Assembly: GCF_963921235.1 (NCBI RefSeq)
Contig: NC_086097.1
Coordinates: 210,802,001 to 210,866,000, forward strand
Direction: 5' to 3'
From: Mobula hypostoma
Taxonomy: Eukaryota
DNA: 64,000 bases
Below, one piece after another: positions 23,722 to 36,051 of the stretch; positions within the stretch are counted from its first letter, which is position 1; every line of letters starts with the position of its first letter. The position numbers and the translations under genes are program-made. The notes beneath the pieces are model-generated. The model did not search any database, had not been told where the DNA came from, and saw only the letters and a program-made list of their open reading frames with translations.

Positions 23722-24214
23722 TAATTATTGTAGTCAACCCTTCTGTGCATTCACTTTCAGTTCTAATATGTAGAAGAATATCATTTTAATAGAACTTATC
23801 TCATTAACGTTTACATAATTAAGAAATAAAAATGCCTGAAGTTGTGATAGTAACTTTCCTTCATGATTTTTTCTTCATTCTGGCTCAGAAAAGCAATTAA
23901 GTGATTCATATGATTTCCTTGCCAAAAGATAGTAAGATGGATAAAATTCCTTTTATTGTTCAGTCCTACAGGGCTCCAAATCAAGACTTAATTATTAAAA
24001 TAAGATCCTTTTATAATTATGGTCTGACTTATTTTTCATGATTCTTTAAAAAAATTATTTCTCTTCCTCTTGTGTGCTCTCCCACAATGAAACAGTTGCT
24101 ATTGATCCTGAATGAACAGGAGTGGAAGAGGATTGAATCAGACAGGTTTCTATTCTCCAGACTCTGCTATGTTGAATCCATTTACTTTATCTTTGCATCC
24201 CACATTGGCCTCGG

Positions 24215-24440
24215 AACTCATAAAGTGTATTAAAAGAGAATTAGCAGTTTAGGCAGCATCTATGGAGAGGAATAAACAGTCGAAGTTATGTGCTGACACC
24301 CTTCATCAGTCCGCATGAAAGTCCTTGGTCTGAGGCACCATCTGTTTATTCCCCTCCATAAATACTACCTGACCTGCGCTATCCTACAGTATTTTGTGTG
24401 TTTTTCTCTAGATTTCCTGCAACTGCAGAATCTCTAGTAT
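24215..24440. mobile_element. Inverted pair of Penelope pseudo-LTR remnants
   Basis: tatggagaggaataaacag...cccttcatcag mirrors ...ctgtttattcccctccata; centre ~24310. Confidence 0.7.
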
Positions 24441-25004
24441 TATTGAAAGGAAGTTATTCTCATTCCCAAAGTACTGCCGGGGAGGAGGAGCATTCCAGTC
24501 ACTGTGATTATTTACCTGGTTTTCTTTGCTCTGGCCTGGTGTCCTGGTGTATAGTGGGTCTTGTACCCTTATCAAAATTCCTAGCCGTGAACTCAAAAAT
24601 AATCTATCCACTGGCCCACTGTCTTGTCACTTTTATTCTACTTTTGCACGTGCTAAGGAAATTCTGGGCATATATGTAAAATATTAACTAGATTTTGTAA
24701 TTTATTTAGAAACTTAAATGGCTGTACAGCAGCTTGAGGCCTCATGGTAAGTTTATTTACTTCTTAGCACTTAGAATTCAACCAGGTCACCAGGAACCAG
24801 ATGCAGCAACTGGCACTCTTGATGGGAGAGAGGTTACACCATTGTCAATCACAAACCTCCCTTCCATGGAAAAATTATTCAACTTGAGTTTCCCATTGAA
24901 TCTGTCAGAGCTGAACTCAGTATTTATTTTGCTGCTGTAATATTGTGACAAGGATTCATACAGATGTGTTCAGTGTTGGGGTGGACACATCTATACAAAG
25001 TGTT

Positions 25005-25486
25005 GTCATAGGAAAGCAGCATCCATCTTTAAAGACCCCACCACTCATGTCATGCTCCCTTCTCGTTGCTGCCATCAGGAAAAAGGTACAGGAGTCTCAG
25101 GACTCACACCAGCAGGTTCAGAAACAGTTATTACACTTCAATCATCAGACTCTTGAACCAAAGGGGATGACTTCACTCAACATCACTTGCCCATCATTGA
25201 GATGTCCCCCAACCAATGGACTCACTTTCAGGGACTCTATCTCATGTTCTTGATATTTGTTGCTTATTTATTTTTTTATTATTATTTCTTTATTTTTGTA
25301 TTTGCACAGTTTGTTTTCTTTTGCATATCGGTTGGATGCCCAAGTTGGTGCAGTCTTTCATTGATTCTATTACTGTTATTATTCTGTTATGGATTTATTG
25401 AGTACACCCTCTGGAAAATGAATCTCAGGGTTGTATATAGTGCCATTTATGCACTTTGATCATAAATTTACTTTGAAATTTGAACT
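25005..25486 (+). mobile_element. Rex1/Babar 3' fragment
   Basis: RKAASIFKDP...LPSGK.YRSLRTHTSRFRNSY-type C-terminus; (CTTTGAA)n-like tail. Confidence 0.75.
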
Positions 25487-25659
25487 CAGTCAATAATCTG
25501 CACTAGATGTCTGCACTGATTTTGTTCATGTACAGTCAATCAAAAGAACACCGCAACATACACTTTCAATAGTTATTAGGAACTAATACAGTTTTGTAGT
25601 ACTGTAGTTATATTTGTATTATTCTAGTTTGTTTTTTAGTTCATTTAAAAATATAATTT

Positions 25660-26172
25660 GCTAGTGGCTGTTCGTGAACGAAAAAAGCTTGTTAAATCCA
25701 TTCGCTGGATTTTTTTTTTGTTTTTGGCACCATTTTTTGTAAACTCCAGAGTATGTTGTGAGTAAAAATCCCAGGAGATCAGCAGTTTCTGAGAGACTCA
25801 AATGACCCTGGGAGGCACCTAATTAACTAGCTTGTTTATTTCAGCTTTTTTCTTAAAGAGGTGCCGAACGTGTTGCAGAGCCCTCCGGCTACCACTGCAC
25901 CCCTGGTGCCAGACAGGGTGGTTCGAGTATCTCAGAAACTGCTGATCTCCTGGGAGTTTTCTGATCAACGGTCTTGAGAGTTTACATTGAATTTTGCGAA
26001 AAAACGAAAAGCATCCAGTGATCAGTAGTTCTGTGGGCGATAACACTTCGTTAATGAGAGAGGTCCAAGAATAGCTGGATTGGTTCAAGCTGACAAGAAG
26101 GCAACAGTAAGTCGAATAACCATGCAATAAAACAGCAGTCTGCAGGAGATCATGTCTGAATGCACAACATGA
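25660..26172 (+). mobile_element. Tc1-like transposase N-terminal (HTH) remnant with an inverted partial copy
   Basis: From ~25905: GARQGGSSISETADLLG...LVQADKKATV..IT; 25699-25810 is an inverted homolog of 25914-26025. Confidence 0.7.
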
Positions 26173-26561
26173 TAAATTTATAAATACTCATGCATAGACA
26201 CATCTATATATGAAACAATCAGCATGGACTTGGTCAGAGTATTTCCCTGCTGTACCTATACCTGACAGTATAACTGTCTACGAAATATCTAGATAACAGT
26301 AAAAGTCATTCTTTCTAAGGCAAATAATTCCATGATATTTGCTTGGAATCAAATACTACTTGAAGGACTTAGAGCAACCACTGTGGGACAACGATCCAAG
26401 CAGTGAGATTAATATTAACGTTTCCCACATTTCCATTACATGAAATAAAAATGTAATCTTACACAGTTCTTGTGTCTGGTAACAGTTTGGAGGACAATTT
26501 GGGCATTATTTTCAATCAGTAGACAATTTCAGGGCCTCACCATTGTCTGAATGAAGTTTTT

Positions 26562-28770
26562 AGAAACATAGAAAGCCTACAGCACAATACAGGCCCTTTG
26601 GCCCACAATGCTGTGCCGAACATGTACTTACTTTAGAAATTACCTAGGGTTACCCATAGCCCTCTAGTTTTCTAAGCACCATGTACCTATCAAGGAGTCT
26701 CTTAAAAGACCCTATTGAATCCACCTGCACCACCATTTCTGGCAGCCCATTCCCCTCACTCCAATTAAACGCTTTCCTAACTTGTCTGTTCCTACTCCTC
26801 TCCAATGCTATGGTAAAGGAGATAGAATTGTGATCACAAACTCCAAAATGCTCTCCCACTGAGAGAACTGACACCTGACCAGGTTCATTTCCCAATACCA
26901 GATCAAGTACAGCCTCTCCACTTGTAGACTTATCTACATACTGTGTCAGGAAACCTTCCTGAACACACCTAACAAACTCTACCCCAGCTAAACCCCTTGC
27001 TCTAAGAAGATGCCAAGCAATATTGGAGAAATTAAAATCCCCCATCACAATAACCCTGTTTTTACTGCACTGTTCCAGAATCTGTCTCCCTATCTGCTCC
27101 TTGATGTCCCTGTTACTATTGGATGGTCTATAAAAACCACCCAGTGGAGCTATTGACCCCTTCCTGTTCCTAACTTCCACCCACAGAGACTCAGTAGACA
27201 ATCCCTCCATGACTTCCTCCTTCTCTGCAGCCGTGGCACTATCTCTGATCAGCAGTGCCATGCCCCCACCTCTTTTGCCTCCCTCCCTGTCCTTTCTGAA
27301 ACATCTAAAGCCTGGCACTCAAAGTAGCCATTCCTGCCCCTGAACCATCCAAGTCTCTGTAATGGCCATAACATCATAGCTCCAAGTACTGATCCACGCT
27401 CTAAGCTCATCCGCTTTGTTCATGATACTTCTTCCATTAAAATAGATATATCTCAAACCATCAGTCTGAGCGCATCCCTTCTCTATCACCTGACTATCCT
27501 CTCTCTTGCACTATCTCCAAGCTTTCTCTATTTGTGAGCCAACCACCCTTTTTTCTGTCTCTTCAGTTCGGTTCCCATCCTGCGGCAATTCTAGTTTAAA
27601 CTCTCCCCAATAGCCTTAGTAAACCTCCCTGCCTGGATACTGATGCCTCTCGGATTCAAGTGCAACCCGTCCTTTTTGTACAGGTCACTCCTGCCCCAAA
27701 AAATGTCCCAATGATCCAGAAATCTGAATCCCTGCCCCCTGCTCCAATCCCTCAGCCACGCATTTATCCTCCAGTTCACTGTATTCTTATACTCACTCTC
27801 GTGTGGCACGGGCAGTAATCCTGAGATTGCTACCCTTGAGATCCTGCTTCTCAGCTTCTTTCCTAACTCCCTGTAGTCTGTTTTCAGGACCTCCTCCCTT
27901 TTCCTACCTATGTCGTTGGTACTAATATGTACCACAACCTCTGGCTGTTCGCCTTCCCACTTCTGGATATCGTAGAAGCAATCAGAAACATCCTGGACAC
28001 TGGCACCTGGGAGGCAAACTACCATTCGTGTTTCTTCCTGGCATCCACAGAATCGCCTGCCTGTCCCCCTAACTATAGAGTCCCTGATCACTGCTGCCAT
28101 CCTCTTCCTTTCCCTCCCCTCTGAGCCACAGGGCCAGACTCTGTGCCAGATGCGTGGCCACTGTTGCTTCCCCCAGATAGGTCATTCCCCCCAACAGTAC
28201 TGAAACAGGTGTACTTATTGTTAAGGGGGACAGCCAAGGGGTACTCTCTAGTATCTGACTCTTGCTCTTCCCTCTCCTGACTGTTACCCACTTAGCTATC
28301 TCCCAAGGCCCCGGTGTGAGTACTTGCCAATAGCTCCTCTCTATCACCTCTTCACTTTCCCTGAACAGACGAAGGTCATTGAGCTGCATCTCCGGTTCCC
28401 TAACCTGGTCCCTAAGGAGCTGCAGCTCGACGCACCTGGCGCAGATGTGGCTGTCCGAGAGGCTGGGAGTCTCCTGGACATCCCACATTTGACACCCAGT
28501 ACAGAACACTGGACTCACAGACATACTTCCTGTTTCTATTCTTCACAAGTAACTTACCTCACCTCGACCCGTTATCACCGAAACCCCGTAGAGCCAAAAC
28601 TCTCCTACTCTGACTCCCTCTGCTCCAACACCCGCTCTATAAAGCTGTCTTCTTTTTAAATTCTTCCTGCCGGCCTATCTTACTGATGTCCACGCACCTG
28701 AGCTGTTGTGCCTCGAACAAACCACTGAAGAAAAAACGCTCTCCTTTTAAATTCTTCCGGTCGTCCAATT
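26562..28770 (-). mobile_element. CR1 LINE with 5'UTR, frameshifted ORF1, endonuclease and 3' end; RT deleted
   Basis: ORF1 (CTGC..CARC, LPGASV, DGLH) 28524-27591; EN (YRPS, GDFN, CDHN) fused directly to the terminal GLPEMVV..SFKRLLD at 26749-26753. Confidence 0.92.
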
Positions 28771-29364
28771 TTCCACAGTAATTATATCTTTCATGGTAAA
28801 ACTTAAATTGTACGCGATAATCCAACTGTGAATTCATCGATGTCCTTTAAAATTTCAGTAAGACTGTTTTACTCCCTTACCCAAATATTCTTGTGATAAA
28901 GGGCAATGTACCATTTGATTTTCTAAATATCTGTTGCACCTGAATGTTAGCTTGTGTATATCACCTTTACCCAATCTCTCAATTCTTAAAAACATTTTGC
29001 TTTTATATTTAGTGCACTAGATAGCTTTGGATTTTTCTATCTGCCACATTCTCTGATAGTCATTGAACATCCCCATACTCCCTTCAGACTCCATGGTTTG
29101 GCCATAGGCAAACTTGGAAAACTGGCAAATGATTCCAGATCATTGATCTATGCCCCATTGTCCCAAAAAATGCACATTAGTGTGTTACAATGGAAGCTAA
29201 GACCATGTTTCAAACAATGAATTAGGCTGAGTGCTCTGATGTGATTCATAAATAACCTCAGGAGAGTTAGCTGAAAGTCCATTCAACAATTGACTAAATC
29301 AGACGTTAATATTATATCATCTGAAAACAAATTTAAAAAATACACTGAATTGCTTTTCACTGTC

Positions 29365-30815
29365 ATAGTCATAGAGTCATTGAACACTACAGAACAGAAA
29401 CAGTCTCTGTGGCCCATCTTGTCTGTGCCAAACCATAAATCTGCTTAGTCCCATCGATCTGCACCATGCTATCCATACTTCTCTCACCCATTTTCCTATC
29501 TAAAATTTCTCTTAAATGGTAAATTCACCCCACATTCACCACTTCCGCTGGCAGTTCATTCCACACGCCACCACCCTCTGAGTAAAGAGCTCTCCCTTAT
29601 GCTCCCTTTAAACGTTTCACTTTCCACCCTTAACCCATGACCTCTGTTTGTCATCTCACCCAGTCTCAGTGGAGAAAGCCTGCTTGCATTTACCAGATTG
29701 AAAAGGTCAGGGTGCAGGGCCAGAGATGAGGGACAGGCAGGTTCAGCTCATTGCTCTGCAAGATTTGCTCATTCCTGTGCTGAGCTGAGGCCGTGGCCTT
29801 CAACTAATTGGCTCCTGAATCAAACGCAGCGATAATTGGCTTCGTGGCTGAGAGCTCACTTTCATGAACTTCAGTTCTAAATGTTATGTGCTTACTTTTA
29901 TTATTTGCAGGATTTGTTTACATTTTGTTCACACTGGGTGTTTGATGGTCTTTTTTTAATGGAGGTCTATTGGGTTTCTTTGTTTGTGTTGCTGCCTGTA
30001 AGAAGACAAATCTCAGGGCTGTATATAGTATACATACTTTGATAATAAAAGGACGTTGAACTTTGTCTACTACACCCTGAATCTTGGTGGCATCTGCAAA
30101 TTTGATGATCCAGTTTACAACGTTATCATTCAGATTGTTGACATAGATTACCATTAGTTACAGACCTCCAGGCAGAGAGGCAACCACCTATAACCACTCT
30201 CTGGCTTCTTCTGCAAAACCAAAGTCTAATCCAATTTACTACTTCATATTGAATGCCAAGTGACTGAACCTTCTTGACCAACCTCCCATGCGTGACCTTG
30301 TTAAATGCCTTACTAAAGTCTATGTAGACAACATCCACTGCTTTGCTTTCATCCACTTTACTGGCAACTTCCACGATAAACGATAAGATTGAGCTACCAC
30401 GCATGAAGCTATGCTGACTTTCTTTAATCAGTCCCTGACTATCTAAGTACTTATATGTACAATCCCTTAGAATACATTCCAATAACTTTCCCACTACTGA
30501 TGTCAGGCTCAAAGGCCTATAATTTTCCGGCCTTTTCTTAGAGCCTTTCCTAAATAATGGAACAACATCATCTATCTTCTAATCCTCTGGCACCTCACCT
30601 GTAGCTATAGATGTTTTAAATATCCCTTTTGTGGTCCCTGCAATTTCTTCACATGCCTCCCATGGGTCCGAGGGAACACCTTCTCAGGCCCTTGTCTTCT
30701 TTTTGCCCTACTGATTTCCTTCTTAAGTGTTCTCTTGCATTTCCTATACTCCTCAAGTACCTCATTTGTTCCTGCCTGCCTACACCTGCTATGTGCCTTT
30801 CTTAACCAGGCTCTT
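29365..30815 (-). mobile_element. CR1 fragment split by a plus-strand Rex1-tailed element (~29697-30061), with CR1 sequence lost at the junction
   Basis: SLTSVVGKLLE, DFSKAFNKV, KFADATKI on the right; CR1 3'UTR and tail at 29365-29695. Confidence 0.8.
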
Positions 30816-30820
30816 AATTT

Positions 30821-32560
30821 GCTGAAAGACCTAAGGGTACATAAGTCACCAGGACCAGATGAACTGCACCCTAGGGTTCTGAAAGAGGTAGCAGTAGAGA
30901 TTGTGGAGGCATTAGTAATGATCTTTCAAAAATCATCGGATTCTGGCATGGTGTCAAGAGGATTGGAAAATTGCAAATGTCACTCTACTCTTTAAGAAAA
31001 GAGGAAGGCAGCAGAAAGGAAATTATTGGCCAGTTAGCCTGACTTGAGTGGTTAGGAAGATGTTGGAGTCAATTGTTATGGATGAGGTTATGGAATACCT
31101 GGGGTCACAGGACAAGATAGGACAAAGCCACCATGATTTTCCCAAGGGAAAATCTTGCCTGATGAACCTGTTGGAATTCTTTGAGGAGATTACAAGTAGG
31201 ATAGGTAAAGGGGATGCAGTGAATGTTGTATATTTGAACTTTCAGAAGGCCTATGACACAGTACCATACATGAGCTACTTACCAAGTTAAGAGCTCATGG
31301 TATTACAGGAAAATTACTAACGTTGTTAGATAATTAGCTGATTGGTAGGAGGCAGTGAATGGGAATGGGAATAAAAGAATCTGGTTGGCTGCCGGTGACT
31401 AGTGGTGTTCTGCAGGGGCCAGTGTTGGGACCACTTCTTTTTATGCTGTATGTCAATGATTTAGATGATGGAATAGATGGCTTTGTTACCAAGTTTGCAG
31501 ATGATGCAAAGATTGGTAGAGGGGCAGGTAGTGCTGAGGAAACAGTTAGGCTGCAGAAGGTCTTAGACAGATTTGGAGAATGGGCAAGAGAGTGGCAAAT
31601 GAAATGCAAAGTTAGAAAATGCGTGGTTGTGCACTTTGGTAGCAGAAATAAATGTGCCAACTATTTCCTAAACAGAGAGAAAATCCAAAAATCTGAGATG
31701 CAAAGGGACTTGGGAGTCTTTGTGCAGAACACCCTAAAGATTAACTTGCAGGTTGAGTCAGTGGTGAGAAAGGCATATGCAGTGTTAACGTTCACTTCAA
31801 GAGCAGGGATGTGATGCTGAGGCTTCATAAGGCACTGGTGAGACCTCACCTCGAGTATTGTGAACAGTTTTGGCTCCTCATCAAAGAAAAGATGTGCTTG
31901 CATTGGAGAAGGTTCAGTGTAGGTTCATAGGGATGATTCCAGGAATGAAAGGGCTATCATACAGGAACATTTGATAGCTCTGGGTCTGTACCCACTGGAA
32001 ATTAAAAGGATGAGGGGAGATCTCATTGAAACCTTTCAAATATTGAAAGGCATTCAAGTAGGTGTGGAAAAGATGTTTTCCATGAAGGGTGCGAAGGAAG
32101 AGAAGTGAGTGCAGTTACTATTACAAGAGAGGAGGAGCTCAAAAAGCTGAAAGACCTAAGGGTACATAAGTCACCCAGACCAGATGAACTGCAGTTTGAA
32201 AGATCATTACTAATGCCTCCACAATCTCTACTGCTACCTCTTTCATGGTGGGACAGTCTAAGACAAGGGGCAACAGCCTCAGGATAGAGGGGCATCCATT
32301 TAAAATAGAGATGTGGAGAAATTTCCTCAGCCAGAGGGTGGTGAATTTGTGGACTTTATTACCACAGGCAGTTGTGGAGGCCAGGTCATTGGGTGTATTT
32401 AAGGCAGAACTTGATATGTTCTTGATTATACATGACATCAAAGGTTACGGAGCGACAGCTGGGGAGTGGGGCTGAGGAGGGGAAAAAAGGATCAGCCGTG
32501 ATTGAATGGTGGAGCAGACTGGATGGGCCAAATAGCCTAATTCTGATCCTATGTCTTATG
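30821..32560 (+). mobile_element. 5'-truncated CR1 with an internal templated insertion (~32085-32245)
   Basis: KSPGPDELHPRVLKE, FQKAYD, KFADDAK, FLSQRVVNLW; frameshifted; ends tgtcttatg. Confidence 0.9.
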
Positions 32561-32795
32561 CGGTGTAATTATTATTGAGGGAGCAGCCAAAAGGGTAGTC
32601 TGCCTGACTGTTTATTCCCTTTCCCTCTCCTGAAGGCAGCTTGCATATCCAACAGGAGGTGATGAGAGAGAAGGATGATGAACCATGGGGGAACAGAAAT
32701 GGCTTAATTCCTCTCCTATTTCTTGACCATTGGACCTAAGTGGGCTTTCAACTCATGGAGAAATTCCTTCCAGTCTTCAGCAATGGTCTGCATTC

Positions 32796-32890
32796 TGAAG
32801 GGTCTTGGCCCAAAACGTCAACTGTTTATTCTCCTCCATAGATGCTACCTGGCCTGCTGATTTCCTCCAGCATCTTGTGTGTGTTGCTCT
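32796..32890 (+). mobile_element. Penelope pseudo-LTR remnant truncated within the hammerhead core
   Basis: tgaagggtcttggcccaaaacgtcaactg...gatgct.cctggcctgctga.ttcctccagcat. Confidence 0.75.
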
Positions 32891-34245
32891 GCACTCACTT
32901 TATTGCCCAGGTTGCAATTCTCAGCCCCATAACTCAGCTCAACAGCTACAGTGGAGAGAGCCCAGGCATCAGTTAGCACAGAAATAGATGACAACGTGCA
33001 ATGTTGAAGAATTACTGATTAGTCACCAAGGCATTAAATATTTAATAGCAGCATTCCACATACAAATGACACTTTCATTAGGTTTGCAACTGAATATTAC
33101 AGCTAACCTAAACCAATATTAAATGAAGATTAATCAGTCAGCATGGGGTTAAGGCTATTGTTTAGGAGCAATCTTATTTCTAAGCAGTTGTTTTTAAATG
33201 CTTTTTCTGATAACTATATAATGACAAACTCAAATACTTCATTTTGCTCCCAATGGCATTAACCTATGAGGTCAAAATGAATTTAAAATATCTGTGACAC
33301 TTCTTTCGACATCATTTTGTACAATTGGATAGAGTACAATGCAGCTAGGTAATGGATGTAATTCGCCATTTACTTCAATGCTCCAGTAATGTGTCTTTTT
33401 AAAATTTTATTAATACCATTAGGGTCACTATTCATATTTCACTTTTTAAACATGAAATACAAAATTCTTCATTCTGTATACACCTCATTGTTGAGATTCA
33501 TGTACTTTGCACAACCTCCTCCTCTTGTTTATTATTTCAGAAGACTTCATAATCAGTGGAAGTATTTATCATCTTCAGTGTTTCCATAATGCTAATCATC
33601 TTCTTTTAAATTTCAAGCTCAAGGTCAGCTAATCATTTAAGATTTATCTCATTTTCTTTTTAACCTTTTCATTTTGGATAGTTTCCTCCACCACAACAGT
33701 TAATGAGCTTGGTATTCACAACTAAAAGAAAAATGACACTAGAGTAAAGAAATATTTTCATTTCTATTATACCCTCTACCTTTACAAGGTTGTTCACATT
33801 GACTGATGCTGCCGCAACATAATCTAATATTAGCAATTAAGCAGTGGTGAAATCACTAAAATTGAAAACTCAGGGCTCTATTTTTACCTCGTTTGACAGA
33901 TATGATCTGAATCTGTGGGCAAACAAAATCAGAAGTTTAGCTGTAATTATATTGTCTTGAAGAAGTATAACGCATATCCCACATCTGTCCAAAAATGGAC
34001 ATGCATGTGACATTAAGTGGAAGGTTGCACAATGGAGTCAAAAGTAAATTTCCAAGCAGCAAGGAATTCCAGTGAATTAGTCCTGACAGTATTTTTCAGG
34101 CATGCGCAGAAAAATTATATTTTAATGAGCACTCATCACTGCGGATGCTAGAATCTGGAGCAACTTTCAAGATGCTGGAAGAATACAACAGGTCAGACAG
34201 CATCTATTGAGAAATGGACAGTCAACATTTTGTATCAAGTCCCTC

Positions 34246-35201
34246 TGTTGTGACGATAATCGAAGTCAGCGGGGGAGACACTGAAACTGGTTTGTATAGA
34301 AATGTTTATTTATCACAACAAGCAGGCATTCTTCTGGAGATCCTCCAGGTAGAGGTTCACATATCCAGAAGTACCTCACATTTTTATACCCTTAAGATCA
34401 ATGGTAATGGCAGCTGATTCAATACAGTCACAAAAGTTAATATGACATTATTTACTTCAATAGTTTGTGTTGAATTCCCTTGAATTGCATATCTGCAGTG
34501 GGAATGTTCAAATACCTTTGCTGGGACAAACTAATTGACACAGATATTCGAAAAACTTCTGAGGACAGGAGGACAGAGAGCCAGGTGCCCAAGGTTAGTG
34601 TTGTGAGACCCGACACTCTGAGTACGCGAATCTCCCAGTCTCCAAACTATTGATCAATTAGCTATTTGATGTGCTAAGTGATAGCATCAGTCTGGTCTCA
34701 AGCATCAAGCTTCCTTGAATTTGCTTACCATGATGCAAATTACTTAAACCTATAATTGCCTCGATTGATGCAGGCCAATTAACACAAACCCAGGACCTAG
34801 TCCTTTTCTGACGATTATGACAAATAAACTCTTCTCGGGTTTCCAGCTGGGTACAGCTATCGATTTTAACTGATGTTTCGATGACAGACTCTGATGTAGA
34901 TGTCAGAATCTGTCATCAAAACTTTGGTTAAAATCAATACCTGTACCTAGCTTGAAGCCTGAGAAGCATTTAAACCCATGATCTTAACACTTTGAGACAC
35001 GGTGAACATCTCATGGTCACCATTTTACGAACCATATCTCTTAATCTGTAGGCCAGTTTGTACTCCACAGACAGTGTTGTTTATTTGAAAATGGTTCTTT
35101 TAACTTCAATTCACTGCTTACAATTTACAATCTACTGAAGATTGGATTTTGCTTAAGTTATTGTCTGGTATATTTACGTAACTCTAAAACCCTCCCTAAC
35201 A
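34246..35201 (-). mobile_element. Solo LTR
   Basis: TGTTG...TAACA termini; flanks CCCTC / TCTTC are each one change from the host consensus CCTTC; minus-strand TATAAA (34383-34388) upstream of AATAAA (34305-34310). Confidence 0.7.
34825..34972. mobile_element. ~150-bp palindromic element, second Penelope pseudo-LTR/hammerhead family
   Basis: ~65-bp arms (ttctcgggtttccagc...gatgacagactctg / cagaatctgtcatc...gcttgaagcctgagaa); centre CTGATGt-A-hairpin-aAAA; other arm reads catc-GAAA-CATC. Confidence 0.7.
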
Positions 35202-35889
35202 TCTTCATCTGGATCAGCAAAAGGATCTTAATTCGAAAAAATCAGCTGTCCATTTCTTTCCATAGATTCTGCCTGACTCAGTAAGTTCCTCCAGCATCTT
35301 GTGTGTTGCTTTATATTTTAATGAATCATTTATGCTTAGTAAATTACCTCAGTAAATGTCCCTGGTAGCAAACAATTACCAGAGTAGATGCTGATCAAAA
35401 ACATGCCGCAGTCTCCTTCCCTGTGATATTTTTTGGCCTATAACTCCTGTATCAGTACCTTAGAAAGGAATTTTGCATCAGGAAAGGATCTCAAATACTT
35501 CAAACATCTTTCAGCTAATATTGGATCTTTGACTAGCTGACCAGGACTTTACACAGGCCCAATTCAAGAGTAAGGGAAAACATTCCTCTTCAGCCAATAA
35601 GCTAAATTTGCAAACCCATCTTGCTTGTGCTCCTGATTCTAATCCATGTTTCAAGGTCAGAGCTACCAAAACAATTTTAATGAGTGCTGATACTACTGAC
35701 CAAATTATCAAGGTGGACAGCATCACTTTCCTCTGCTCTGACAGCTTAAAATAGGAAAAAAGGTTTTAACGTCTGTCCATAACAAATATTTTGAAAGAAA
35801 AAGGAAAAAAAATAATCTGCTTTAATATATATTTTTTCACAGGTTCAAAATTCACAGCCAGTGAAGTGCAAATGAATTGTAGTCAAATA

Positions 35890-36051
35890 TAGCAAAAGAC
35901 AAACTGCTGGAGAAACTCAGTGGGTCAGGAAGCATCAGTGTAGGCAAAGGTAGAGTTGGCAGTTTAGGTTGAGACCCTGCTTCAGAACCATTGTATGCCT
36001 CCAGCAGTCGTTTCCGCTCCAGTTTACGGTGTCTACGGTGTCTGCAGTCTC
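35890..36051. mobile_element. Old Penelope pseudo-LTR remnant with inverted terminal piece; followed by a TG...CA segment (36052-36343) that may be an LTR
   Basis: aaactgctggagaaactcag.gggtcagg.agcatc...gagaccctgcttcag, then ctccagcagt.gttt.cgctcca...tctgcagtctc; no TSD for the adjacent segment. Confidence 0.5.

Larger units (their letters stand above)
34135..35310. mobile_element. Inverted Penelope pseudo-LTR pair split by a solo LTR
   Basis: aagatgctggaagaa..caggtcagacagcatctat.gagaaatggacag (34169-34221) mirrors ctgtccatttctttccatagattctgcctgac..ttcctccagcatctt (35246-35300). Confidence 0.75.
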
